This document shows, in pieces, positions 14,493 through 28,864 of a DNA stretch of 64,000 bases (position 1 is the first letter of the stretch; each line of letters starts with the position of its first letter). The position numbers were made by a program, and so were the translations under genes. The notes under the pieces are model-generated. The model saw nothing but the letters and a program-made list of their open reading frames with translations, did no database searches and was not told where the DNA came from. This stretch comes from the human T2T-CHM13v2.0 reference genome, Homo sapiens, in assembly GCF_009914755.1 (NCBI RefSeq), contig NC_060926.1, one strand, 5' to 3'.

Positions 14493-14897
14493 GTATGGAG
14501 GAGTAGAGGTGCACAGACTGAGTGAGAATTAGGGGTTTGAGGCAGGAATGGCTTCCTCCAACTTCTAAGAGTCCCCGGGTTGGGGCAGCTAAAGCAAAGA
14601 GGGAAAGAGATGAGAGCAGAGGTGTCTGAGGTATTTCCCTATATAGAGGAGCCTTGAACTATGTTCCCTGAGTAGACCTCTGGGGAAACAGAAGGACTTG
14701 GAGGCTGGGGCTACAAGTTGAATCTGACTCAAGAGGGAAAAAGTGGTGTGATGAACCCTAATGGGCTGAGATGATTTTCCAGCATAATCAGAGCCTGTGG
14801 GAAAATAAATCTTTCTTTATTTCTCAGAGTTCATGGATAATCTTCTCTGCTCCAGAAACCTTGTGTGTGCATTCAAGATAATATTAATAAATATGGA

Positions 14898-15510
14898 TAT
14901 TAAAAACCTTACAGGGCCCAAAATAGCAAATAAGCTGACTTAGAGAAAAAGAAAAAGAACATTTCCTGCACATCTGAGTTTTGGCCTGAGCTTCTAAAAG
15001 TCAAAATCCTCTACCCCCACACAGCCTAGATGCTGGGAATCAAAGCCATGCCTTACCGTCCGCATTAATATGAGTTTGTGCTATTCCTCTGTCTTCATTA
15101 GCATGATTTTACTATTCAGGAAAATGCTTTGACTATTCATTACAGGAATTTCTCAAAAGACCAAACAGCTCTTTAGTGGAAAACATCAACAGACATTTAT
15201 AACCTAAAAATTTTTTAATCCCTCTCCTCAAAATCACCACTTTATTATTTCCACCACTTCTGGACTGTTATGTGATAATTTTTACCCAATACTATCCCAG
15301 ATCCAAAATTTCCCCTCAATCCCTCTTAAAATATTTGCCTTAGGTCAATCCAAGATCCAATTCTCATAGATTCTGACTTTATCTTCCCCCTTTCTCAGAT
15401 ACTGCCAAAGCATTGCTAGGTGGTTTTCTCCCTTAACTGTAGTAGGCAATAAAGTCAGCTTTGTCTATCAGCAGGTTGTGTTGGTGATATTTGGGGAGCC
15501 AACCTTCAAT
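14898..15510 (+). mobile_element. ERV1 LTR, MER92-like
   Basis: 3' part tactgccaaag...ttctcccttaactgtagtaggcaataaagtcagctttg...ggtgatatttgggg, with a poly(A) signal. Confidence 0.5.
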
Positions 15511-16159
15511 GCTCAGTGACAGCAATCAAGGAATATCATGTTTGCTGTGGGCATTTTAACTTTCCCTAGGCTGCCTTGTTTGCTGAGGCCTCTTAACTGC
15601 ATACGTCAATCTACACATAGTACCTAGGATCTACTGTAAGCTAGGAATACAGTAGAATGCCTGCCTTTTGTTCACTGCTTTTTTGATTTTTGCAAAAGGC
15701 ATCATCCTGTGTCTGGAGGCAAGGAGACAGTGACCAGGGAACGAGCAGTTTGGTTCACAGGGTTCTTGATTCTGGCAGGATGGTTCTTGATTCTGGCAGG
15801 ATGCTTCTGGGATTTCTGGTACATTTGGATGGGTTGACTATTTTGGGGGAAATGAAAGTAAAAGCAAAATTCTCTCTATAAGACTAGTGGAGAAAGAAGC
15901 CAGTTTTATTGTTGAATAAGATTTAAACCAGAATGCAATACACATCATAGGCAATTCAATAAGAGATTGCGAAGACAGAAAGGAATCTCATCTTCTTATA
16001 CAGGCAAAGAGATACAACCTATTACACACGTGTTTCAAGAGAAACCATAGTCCTCAAGTAAGAGAACTTGACAGCACCATTTGTCATGCATAGTTCATTT
16101 ATCCTAAATCTCTCTGGTAAGAGGGGTGACCATCCATGTTAGCTTATTGGCTTTATCTA

Positions 16160-17273
<1,114 letters not shown>

Positions 17274-18274
17274 AGGTAGTTTTGCAACTCGGAGCAAGGC
17301 TTCCAGCGTCAGTGAAGTAAGGCTCCAACCCTCCCACAGAAAGAGAAGTGCTATCTCCTTTGATGTTTGTATTTCAAAAAGATGGCTCCCAGCTTCTTGA
17401 GAAAAAATATTCCTGGGTCATAAAGTTGACAAAAGGCCTATTTAGTTTTCAAAAGAATTTATATACATTTCAAAGAGAAAAGAGAGTACTTATTATTTTA
17501 AGTTTTCTAAAATAAATGCTTTAAGAACAAGGAGGAGAGGGGAATTTCTTTCCTTATTTTAATCAGGAACAAATTAAGCCTCTTATTTTTAATTTCTACT
17601 TGTCCTTACATTATGCAATGATCTGCCTGAAGTCACCAGTTCTGGCATAATGGATATATTTCATCTCTGTGTGTGGGGAAAAAAAAATGTGTGCTTCAGT
17701 GGAAGGCCATGTACTTAAGAGCTATCTAATTATAACTTTCATTGTCCTTGCACATTTTTACAACTCTATAAGTTGCAGATAATTGATAGTAATGCATGAT
17801 AATTCTTGTATATAGGCATGCAACTTCTGTCCTATCCAGTGGAACTTCAATTGACACTCCTCGTATACTGTGAAAGAGGCCAGTTTTGCTTCCATTTGCA
17901 ATTCATTTCAATATTCCTAATCTATAGCTATGTCTTTTCTTTGGCTTCTCCTTTGAACCAGCTTTCATTTTACTGGTTCTCTTTCTGAGTAATAAGTTAA
18001 ATCAAATTATTACATGTGTTTGTTTGATATTTGTGTAAGAGTCAGGATTTTATCTATTTAAAAAATTACCCTTTGACACCTGGCACAGTTCCAGTCTCAT
18101 CAGCATTTCCAAATTCCATTCTTATTTCTAAGTTTGGCTGTATAACTTTGGAGAGACCCTACTGTTAATAGCTGATTAACATTTTAGGTGCTAGTTAGAA
18201 AAACATAGTAGAAATGGACACTGATCAGGAGTGGAGCCTTATCTGATGCTTCTGGCAGCTCCGCAGGTAACTAC

Positions 18275-18793
18275 TGTAGGGGAGGAACAATGTCTTGTCC
18301 TTCTATCCTTCTTAGGTTCATTGGCTGGGGCCCCGGTAACAAAAGACAGATTAACAAGAGAAAAGCATGCAAATTGATTTACCATGTTTTTCATGGCACA
18401 AGAGCCTTCATAAGGAAATGCAGACGTGAAGAAATAATTAAACCGGAGTGTTTTAATGGTAGGTTTGATGAAGAGTCAATGACAAATATGATGGGGTAAA
18501 AAAAAAAAAAAGAAGAAAAGATTATGAGCTAAGGGTAATCAACTGGAGGAAACAGCAAAGCCTGTTTGTTTTGATTCTTCTTGACATCCTTTGTCTTGGA
18601 GATAAGGATCTTCCTTTCCGTGGATATAAGGAAGGCACCATGAACATGAGAGCCTTATGACCTGCTTCAGGGAAGAAGGGCAGAGGAAAGTCAGAGAGTC
18701 CCTCTGGAAACATGTTTCTCAGATTCTTTCAGCTTAAAATAGCCAACATACCAAGGTCTCATATTTTGGGGTAGTGTGATCTGAGCCCCATCA
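18275..18793 (-). mobile_element. MER34-family ERV1 solo LTR
   Basis: TG..CA termini; reverse-complement start tgatggggctcagatcacactaccccaaaatatg; TSD ctac/ttac. Confidence 0.85.
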
Positions 18794-19479
18794 TTACTGT
18801 GTAACCTGGTTTGCCCAGACAGAAAAGTGGAATACATTTCTTTGATCTGTTTTCATCAGTAGTTCTCGGTGTCCTTTATGTGATATGGTCAGCCTTTTAT
18901 TTATCTAATGCACTTTGTTCTCATATTCAGGGGGAAGGTGATATTTGTTCATCTTCTTGCTCTATAATGTTATGGGTTGTTTGCTTTTTAATGTTCTCAA
19001 AATGGCATCAGGATTTATGGTATGATTCTTCTGGCTCAGTGAACCTCGTATCTCCTGTTATTGGCAGTGCTCCAATGCCTGCAGCTTCTGAGGGAGCCAA
19101 ATAATAATAATAATGGCGATAATGATTTGCCCAGGCATTGCAAGATGCTGTTCATGACAAGAGGATTATTTTTTTTTCCTCTGACACCTTCAGAGGACAA
19201 TCAGTTGATCTGAAACACAAGATGTCATGAACTCATAAGTGTAATAATTGAGGATGCATTTCCTGTTTTTCCCATAGGTCCCTTCATTATTGAAGCTCTG
19301 ATAGTACACTCACATTTGACTCCTCACTTGTCAGGCAGTACCTGCATTGCCTTAGGCTAAGTTAGTTAATGTCTTTAAATATCAGTTTGTCCTTTTGTTG
19401 TATGAGGGTAGGGATAGTACCCATCCCCAAAAGCCTTGCCCATCTTCTTCTGTCTGTCGGCAGCTCCCACCAGCTCCCT

Positions 19480-19750
19480 GGAGGAAACCTCTTAGGTCTC
19501 AACTCACTTTCTCAGGAAGGGTTTCCCTTCTCTTTTCCAGGTATGATATCTTGCAGAGTTTTCATCACACTGTTCACAGTTTGTAATAATATTGAATAAG
19601 TTTGTTTATTCAATTTCTGCCTCCCCTTCTAGTGTATATAGTCCATGAGGGTATAGGTGGTGTGGGTTTTTACAACCCTATGCCTAACACTGGATGCAGT
19701 GCCAGGCGAGTAGTCAGTGCTCAATAACAAATTTGTTGAACAAATGAAAT
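19480..19750 (+). mobile_element. L2 3' end
   Basis: cagtgccaggcgagtagtcagtgctcaataacaaatttgttgaacaaatgaa. Confidence 0.75.
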
Positions 19751-22700
19751 ATTTAAAACATTACCCAAAACAGGGAAGTGCTTAATAAATGTTAGCATTT
19801 CTGCATTCAAAGGGAGAAATTTAGGACATTTAAAAAGCAGTAGATTGAAAATGGCCTCTTTTGGAGATTGAGATAAGCTAGGAACATCTTTTAGCATGAC
19901 TTTATTGTACATGATATGTATTCCCTAATTCCCAATATCTACTTAAAAATTATATTTCACTCCAGAAGGCTCTGAAATGCTTAGTAATGTTCTGTCCTGG
20001 CTTTTCATATTATATTCTGTGTACCAAGCATCTTGTATGTTGATAGTATCTGGCTGATCATCAAATTAATTTTTATGAAAAGCTGCAAAGGCAATTGAAA
20101 TTTCTTGACTGAGACTTTTAAAGCTCTGCGCCAGGATGCTACTAATTCTGTAGTTCTACTTAGTAAAAACAAACAAAAATGATTATTTAAAACAGTTCTG
20201 CATTTTCTTCTGCTGCATCACATCCAGATTATTATTGTGTGATGAACGATACAAGCCATCAATAAATACAGAGACAAGGGATGCCATGGGAGAGTCTTTG
20301 TTCGTTGAGAGGATTGACAGTTAGTCTACTAAAACCAAGGTTTCTAATTTTATTTTCCTTTATAAGGTATAGTGTAAGGATTCTCAGGGAGACAATTAAA
20401 CTGGGCATTTTTTTTCCTTTTAAAATTGTATTTGGTTTGCTCAAAACGTGAGCTTAAAATTATAGCCATAGTTTTGCCTTTGGCTTCACCTGGGGGTTTC
20501 TGAAGTACAGTCACTGCTTCCAGCATTGATATGTACACACGGGTTACCATTAATGTTAGTCAGAGCTCTGAGTGTGTGACTGGCTTAGATCTCCAGGTGA
20601 AAGCTCAGCATTGCAACTCAGATGCTTGGCACGTGGGTCTTCCATTGGTGAAACACACAGAAAGCCTCTAAATCTGCCAGTGTCTTCAATGGCCTCCCTA
20701 GATGGTGATTTCTGTTATCTTTGCCCACTCAATGTGAAGCTTTCCCATTCATTATTGTGTCTGAGAAGCTCCGTGTTAGAACAGAAATGAGTTAATTTAT
20801 AGGTCATTTATTGCAACTCCATCATTTTGTCAAAATGGACAGTGTGGCTTGGAGGGGTTAAACACCCTGCTTGCTGAGTAGTGGCAGTATTGAAAAGACA
20901 GTCTAGATTGTCTGATTCCTGGGTGAGAGCTCCAGTACACAGAGCTGCCTTTGCAAATGAAGGCAAAGGGGTTGTTTTTCCATTTATTTTTAATATATCT
21001 TTTCTTTATGGTTAGAGTTTGGAACCTGCAGGGAGGAATGTCTGTGTTTTACAACCTTCACCGTTGTTAATTGTACTTGGCAAGTCAGTTTGTTCCCAAA
21101 AAAGCTTAACAAAGGTTCTTGCAAAATGACTGAGGTCCTTGTCACCAAGAAGCTGAGTAAAAAACCGATTAAACATAGTTTTTAAACAGAGTCTGGTCAT
21201 GTCCACACACTGATGACTTTGATCCTCTTCAAAAGCACTAGTAAAAATTGCCAAAGAATTTCATCAAGTACTCCTATCATTAATACTTTTTAAGTGAAGA
21301 AATCTAGTAGAATCATCCAGAAGTTCCACAAAGGGCTTATAAAGCTTTACTTTTCAGTGAGCTGGGGATTTTTTTTTTTCGAAACTGTAATTATTTTGCT
21401 TTCCTTAGTGCTGTAATTTCGTGTTGGGCTTCTTTTGCTGTTATTATTCCTAATGCTGTGAATGAAATAGCATCTATGCCAGATGAAGAGCTGCCTGCCT
21501 TGGGTAAAACCCTGCTATCTCTTTCACATTCATACCATTTCCACTAACCCTTTCTCAAGCAAGCAGGCCTTTTAGTAAACCACCTGTATCTATATCTTAG
21601 CCCTTTAAGGCAGGAATGAGTCTTTTGTGTTCTTGCAAAACACCATGCACACAGCATGTAGAATCCTGGCTTATTTAACACACACCAGAAATATACTGGA
21701 GCACTAAAGAACTCCTTATCTATGGGTTTCTGAAGTAGGCTGGAGGGTTGGTTTCTTCTCTCAAAAAATTCATCAGAGGCAGCTAAGCTTGCAGATAATC
21801 CTCCAGGTAACTTGGGAGTCCTACACACGGAATTCTGTGAAGTGACCATCTTCCATTGATCCCTTGAATTTTGGAATTACATTCACCTTCTTTTTTCAGA
21901 TCCTTTGATATTCAGATTTGTCTCATGTGGTATTTCAATGTGAGAAAGGAGCCCTAACATTTTCACTTTTCAAAACCAAAGTCTTAGATCAAATAAAGGC
22001 TGCATATCCCTTCACCAAAGACATTTTAAATTCTCATCTGTAGCAGTATTTTAAAAGTTTAGATGAAGGGAAGGCATTCTTCTGCCTAAGCTTGATAAAT
22101 AAAAAAAGTAATATGGTTACTCTGAAACTCACGTTATTATTTTTTGCCTGTGTTTATATTCATGGACATAAAAAGAGTCAAACATCTATGTCTTCATTGC
22201 AGCTTGTCAATACTAACATTCTAAACTCACTACCATGTAGGATTTCTCCCTAAATGTGAGCACCAGGGCAACATCTCTTTCAATCTTAATATATCTCTTC
22301 TTACATCACTTTGGGGCCTCCCTTTCTAGCCACCTGAAGCCCAGACTTCTAGGCCTGTCTTACTATTGCCAAAATGCAAAGTCTGGCAGCTATCCATGTG
22401 CTACGTTCCTCCCATCAGATGAGCAAGGTGTGCACATTAGGCCAAGCAAATGACCTACTGCTTCTTAGGGTTACCAGGTTCAGTTTTTGCCATTTCCACA
22501 GTGACTACACTTATTCAATTCACAATGGCCTTTGTCTTAGGAAATAAAAGAGTTTCATTTTTGATCTCTCCACTCCATCTCTTACTCCTTGCCAATCTTC
22601 TCATGACTTCCAGATAAATATTTTTGAAAAATAAATTGGACCACACTATTATGCTATTAAAAACATCTTGATACTTTAATAAAAATATCCACACTCCTCA

Positions 22701-22954
22701 GTGTGGCCTACAAGAGTCCACAGATCAGTTGTCTTCCCACTTCTCCAATATCACTAAATGCCTCCTTTCCCTTGTCTGCTACACTTCAGTCTCTTCTTTC
22801 TGACTTTTGAACATGGCAGACCTTTCCTGTTTTGAGGCTGACTTTCCCATGTCCAGTTCCTTCTGGCTGGGCTCACCCTCTCACAGCTCTACACATGGTC
22901 TGACTTTTTGTTATCTTTCAAATCTCTTCTTCAGTGTCTTTTCCTCAAAGAGGG

Positions 22955-24853
22955 GCAGTGACAGAGATGGCCACGTCTCCACCAACATTTGTATTCTCAT
23001 TCTATAAGGTATAGTTGTTTTGGAGAAGTGGCTATCCAGTCAGGGTCTATGTTTCCCAGTTCCTCTGACATATAGTGAAGTTATGTGATCAGTTTTCACC
23101 AACAGATGTGTGCACAAGTGATGTGATCATTTGTGTGCTAAAGGGCTTAAAAAGTGGCCTTGACACTGGAGGCATCATGCTACCAGAATTCAAACTATAC
23201 TACAAGGCTACAGTAATCAAAACAGCATAGTACTGGTACCAAAACAGACATGTAGACCAATGGAGCAAAACAGAGACCTCAGAATTAACACCATACATCT
23301 ATAACCATCTGATCTTCAACAAACCTGACAAAAACAAGCAATAGAGAAAGGATTCCCTATTTAATAAATAGTGCTGGGAGAAGTGGCTAGCTATATGCAG
23401 ACAATTGAAACTAGACCCCTTCCTTTCACCTTATACAAAAATTAACTCAAGATGGATTAAAGAATTAAATGTAAAACCCAAAACTATAAAAACCCTAGGA
23501 AAAAATCTAGGCAATACCCTTCAGGACACAGGCACGGGCAAAGATTTCATGCCAAAAACGTCAAAAGCAATTGCAACAAAAGCAAAAATCGACAAATGCA
23601 ATATAATTAAAAAGAAACTATTATCAGAGTGAACTGACAACCTACAGAATGAGAGAATATTTTTGCAATCTATCCATCTGATAAAGGTGTACTCTCCAGA
23701 GACTACAAGGAACTTAAACAAATTTACAGGAAGAAAACATAACCTCATTAAAAAGCAGGCAGAGGACATGAATAGATACTTCTCAAAAGAAGACACTCAT
23801 GTGTCCAACAGACATATGAAAAAAAAGCTCAACATCACTCATCATTACAGAAACGCAAATCAAAACCACAGTTAGAGATGCCACCTCATGCCAATCAGAC
23901 TGGTGATTATTAAAAAGTGAAAAAACAACACATGGTGGTGAGGTTGGGAGAAAAAGTAATACTTTTACACTGTTGGTGGGGGTGTAAATTAATTCAGCCA
24001 CTGTGGAAGACAGTGTGGTGATTCCTCAAAGATCTAGAGGCAGAAATACCATTTGACCCGGCAATCCCATTACTGGGTATATACCCAAAGGAACAGAAAT
24101 CATTCTATTATAAAGATACATGGATGTGTAAGTTCATTGCAGTACTATTTACAATAGCAAAGACATGGAATCAACCCCAATGCCTATCAGTGATAGACTG
24201 AATAAAGAAAATGTGATACATATATACCATGGAATACTATGCAGCCATAGAAAGGAATAAGATTATGTCCTTTGCAGGGACATGGGTGGAGCTGTAAGCT
24301 GTTATCCTCAGCAAACTAATGCAAGAACAGAAAACCAAACACCAATGTTTTAACTTATAAGTGGGAGCTGAATGATGAGAACACATGGACACAAAGTGGG
24401 GAACAACACACACTGGGGCCTGTTGAGGGGGAGTGGGGAGAGAAAGAGCATCAGGAAGTATAGCTAACAGGTACCGGGCTTAATACCTAGGTGATGGGTT
24501 GATCTGTGCAACAAACCACCCTGGCACATGTTTACCTATGTAATAAATCCACATGTCCTACACATGTACCCCAGAAATAAAAATAAAAGTTGAAGACACA
24601 AAAAGTGGTCTTGGCTTTTCTACTCTCTCTGCTTCTGTTCATCGACTGAAAACAAAAGACTCTGAGGTTCTAGGCTATGACAGAGGCACAGGTGAAAGAA
24701 ACCTGGGTCTCTGAATCACTACGTGGAAGGCTGCCTACGGAACAACTTATTGGACTGTACGTGAGGGAGAACCCAAAGTCTGTTGTGGTAAGCCACTGAC
24801 ATCTAGGTGTTTACCTTTTGCAGCAAATGCTAGCATTACCTTATCCTAGACCA
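22955..24853 (+). mobile_element. MLT1I-like MaLR LTR, interrupted by L1PA
   Basis: MLT1 motifs on both sides of the L1; approximate 5-bp TSD gaggg/gaggc. Confidence 0.7.
23163..24599 (+). mobile_element. 5'-truncated L1PA (about PA11-14)
   Basis: ORF2 peptide [19 protein letters not shown]; complete 3'UTR; TSD aaaaagtgg(c/t)cttg at 23149-23162 and 24600-24613. Confidence 0.95.
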
Positions 24854-25546
24854 GAGGCCTTCCCTAAACACTCAACTTGCTTAAACCCTAAGTAGGTAGG
24901 TATGGCCCATCAGTTTCTGAAGTAGGCTCCCTTATTTTCTATCATTACACTTTATACATTTTCTTTATAGTAGATACACGTTATATATTTGTTTACATAA
25001 TTTTTTTTCTTCTGTCTCCCCCTCTAGGCTATATATTCTATGTGAGCAGGAAAAGCATATCCTGTGTCTAATACCACACCTGGCACATTAATAGGTATTC
25101 AGTACATAGTAGAATGAATTAAAAAATAAGAGAATAAAAGAAAAGGTTTTAAACTGGTAGTAAAACTAAAAATGGCACAAAGAGGATATCACTCATCTGG
25201 CTCAGGAGCGGAAGCTTGTAGATTTAAGTGGAAGTGGTAGAGATGAAGACGTACTACTCCTTAGTTTGTATACCACTACAAATTATGTTAACAGCCAGAT
25301 GCCTGAATCTCCTAATAATATCATTGGTCATACAGGATGCAGAAAGAGCAAAAAATAATCATTATACGTTTTGCTTATATAGTTCTTTACTACATACAAA
25401 AAACCATGAGCACTAGTTTCTTGAAAATGAACTAGTATTTGTTAACTGAGATGTGGCAACAGTAGATAAAAATACTTTCATATTTTTAAGTATATCTCTT
25501 TTAAGATATATAAACACTGATACAATTTCTACATGGTAAACCCAGA

Positions 25547-25938
25547 TGTCTTACTTTGCTAGGGCTGCCAGAATACCACAGACTGGGTGGATTAAACAAC
25601 ATAAATTAATTTTCTCACAGGTGTGGAGGCTTCAAGTCCAAGATCAAAGTGCCAGCAGGTTTTGTGTCTTCTGAGACCTCTCTCCTTGGCTTGCAGATGA
25701 CTCCCTTAACTCTGTGTCCTCATATGGTCTTTTTCCTGTGAGAAAAAAGATAGAATTCTTTACAAGGATAGCTTATAGGATGTGAGGATCTTATACAGAT
25801 ACCAGTCCTATCATATTAGGGTTCCATCTGTATGATCTTATTTAACCTTAATTACCTCTTTAAAGGCCCTATCTCCAAAATATAGTCACACTGGGGCTTA
25901 AAACTTCAACATTCAGGGACATAATTTAGGTTATAATA
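25547..25938 (-). mobile_element. MLT1A-type solo LTR
   Basis: aagtccaagatcaaagtgccagcagg etc.; perfect TSD ccaga at 25542-25546 and 25939-25943. Confidence 0.9.
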
Positions 25939-27529
25939 CCAGAGGCGCTTCCCAAATGAGACAAGTTAACTCCAAAGATTTTAGTGTGAGAGCTATCTCC
26001 AGAAAATCTAGGCTGAGATTTACTTTGAACTTTTGAGCATAATCTTAAAAAAAAAAAAGTCAGCATGTCTTGGTAATGCTTCCAAATTTTTTTTTTTTTT
26101 TAATTAGGGCCATGAGGGCTGTATACAAAGGACCCACATGTGCTACCCAGTGCCTGGGAGATTTCTCTAGGCTCCACCTCCAACAACCCTCTGGGTAATT
26201 TCTTTTCCTTGTTTGGTGTCCTTGTTGCTTTGTTGCTGGATCCCAACTCTCTGCTCAGCCCTGTTTTCAGTGATCCCTCAGAGACACTCTCTACTTACCT
26301 GAACATAGTCCTAAGTTTCACAACCTGTGACCTCAAGTCATTGAGGTATTCTCATGTCAGCTCAGTCTTACAACCTTAGCTCTGGAAGACAGATTGGATC
26401 TCACTTTATTTTTCAGGGAGAGTAAAATGCAGCTATTTTGACTTACTATAGGAGAAGCCAATTTGAATTAGATTGGTGAAAGACTATAATTAGAGATCAT
26501 TCATAGAAAACACCATCTTATTAATTTGAGGCTTGCATAATGAATGGCAAATTCAGTGCACAGTCTATGCCATTTCCAGGCAGAGTACTGTCAAGAACTC
26601 AAAATTTTGGGTTTGTACTGTTCAGTAACAGCACTGAAAGGTTATTCGTACCAAAAGGGTAGTCACATAGATGTTTTCTGCTACTTAAAAGTAAAATTGA
26701 GTTTTAGTAAATTATGAAATACAATAATAACCTTGAGGAAATGAAGAAAAGAATTATACATTTTATTCCATAAACAGTATAGTTTGTCAATTTCATGCCC
26801 ATTTCACCTATCTGTTACTTATATGTTGCTGAATAAATAGAAGTCTTACCTGTGTCTTATGGAAAGGACATGCAGACATTGCTTCTAGCTACAGGAGACA
26901 AAATACTTGCTAATGTTTGAAATATTCATTGAAGTTTTATAGGAGCAGATGGTTATAAATGGGTGATATTTGAACTTTAAAATTGCTTTGAAGAAACATA
27001 CTTGTCTCAAGTGTCCAGAGAACAGAGATTTGTCTTAAGAAAATGGATAGAAGTATGACAATTTGAAGTTCAAAAAGTTCTTGACAGATGAGGAATTAAT
27101 CATAATGTAGTTGCTATTTAATGTATAAGTTAAACCACTGTGGCCATCTCTTTAGACAAGCTTCGTAAATTTCCAGAGATATTAAACTCCAAGATCCTAA
27201 ATGCTCAAGGCAAAGAAAGTAAAATAACTAATATAGTTACAAGGTCTCATAGGAAGCTAAGTAGATTATTACCATTCATAAGAAAATTTCCAAATTAATG
27301 ACCTAAAGAGAATAATATTTGGGTTTAATGATTCTAACAAAAGACATGTCTCTCATAATGAGTAAATAATGTCCATTTGATCTTTACCTTGTGATAGGGC
27401 TGGGCTATAGGGAAGATTTGCAAAGTAGTTAACACTTTTTATAAACTTGGAAAAGCTCTTTGTGAAGTAGCCTCTTTTTATGTGGCTTCAATTTCTGAAA
27501 CTTTATGAAACCAAATTTCAAAAGGTAGC

Positions 27530-27903
27530 TCTATTAGTCTGTTCTCATGCTGCTAATAAAGACATACCTGAGACTGGGTAATTTATAAAGGAAAGAGGTT
27601 TAATTGACTCAAAGTTCAGTGTGGCTGGGGAGGCCTCAGGAAACTTATAATCATGGTGGAAGGGGAAGCAAACACATCCTTCTTCACAAGGTAGCAGGAG
27701 AGAGAAGTGCTGAGCAAAAGGGGGAAAACCCCTTATAAAACCAACAGATCTCGTGAGAATTCACTATCATGAGAATAGCAGCATGGGGGTAACTGCCCCC
27801 ATTATTCAATTACCTCCCACTGGGTCCCTCCCACAACATGTGGGGATTATGGGAACTACAAGTCAAGAAGAGATTTGGGTGGGGACACAGCCAAATGATA
27901 TCA
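27530..27903 (-). mobile_element. THE1C-like solo LTR
   Basis: Close match to THE1 (gctaataaagacatacctgagactggg...gagatttgggtggggacacag); TSD gtagc at 27525-27529 and 27904-27908. Confidence 0.95.
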
Positions 27904-27999
27904 GTAGCCATGTTAGAATAAATGTATCATTGTGATCTGTGAATCATAGAATTTTTGAGACAACTAAAAAGTGAAAAATTCATTTAACTAACTAACTAT

Positions 28000-28313
28000 A
28001 TATATATATGTATATATATATATTTTTTTTTTGAGATGAAGTCTTGCTCTTTCACCCAGGCCAAGCTATAGTGGCGCTATCTTGGCTCACTGAAAGCTCC
28101 GCCTCCCGGGTTCACGCCATTCTCCTGCCTCAGCCTCCCAAGTAGCTGGGACTACAGGCGCCTGCCACCACGCCCGGCTAATTTTTTGTATTTTTAGGAG
28201 AGACGGGGTTTCACTGTGTTAGCCAGGATGGTCTTGATCTCCTGACCTCGTGATCCATCCGCCTTGGCCTCCCAAAGTGCTGGGATTACAGGCATGAGCC
28301 ACCGCGCCCGGCC
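28000..28313 (-). mobile_element. AluY (AluYe-like) with a (TA)n-derived tail
   Basis: AluY diagnostics; flanked by ttaactaacta...tatat repeats at 27984 and 28314. Confidence 0.95.
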
Positions 28314-28864
28314 TTAACTAACTATATATTTTTTGAACACAAGAACCACTGGCTTTATTCTTCTCTCCACACCCCATCAATGAAATAAACCAAATGCATT
28401 TTTTTTTTTTGGTGCTGTTGATAATACTATTTGGACTGGGTTGTGTCTACTCCTTAGATATTATATGTGACAGAAGTGAGTTGAAACAAAACAACAAACT
28501 GTATTTAATTTAATTTGATGCAGTTTCTTTCCAAATAAAAGTTCATCTTTCTTCTTTACAATTGACACTGGTGATTTCTTGTCTTTGAATTCAATTACAC
28601 TGTAAGAGCAGAACTTTTAGCAAATGAAGCCACAGAGATGACCCAGAAATTTCAATTAGTTCATCAGTCTAGATACCAGTGTAACTGGCCTATTGAACAG
28701 TCTGAACTTGTCAATGTACAATAATGAAAAATTTTTTTCCATCCATTGCTTTTAATCATGCTCGGTTGCATCTCCCTTTCTTTCTTCTTAACTAGCTCTT
28801 GGGCATGAGTAGATATTAAAACTCAATCTCTAATCAACTCTAATCTCGTCTTCTCCCTGATTCC

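Larger units (their letters stand above)
22560..25125 (+). mobile_element. L2 (segments ~22560-22954 and 24854-25125), interrupted by MLT1
   Basis: L2 motifs joined across the insert (cctcaaagagg|ccttccct); 3' end cctggcacattaataggtattcagtac. Confidence 0.7.
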
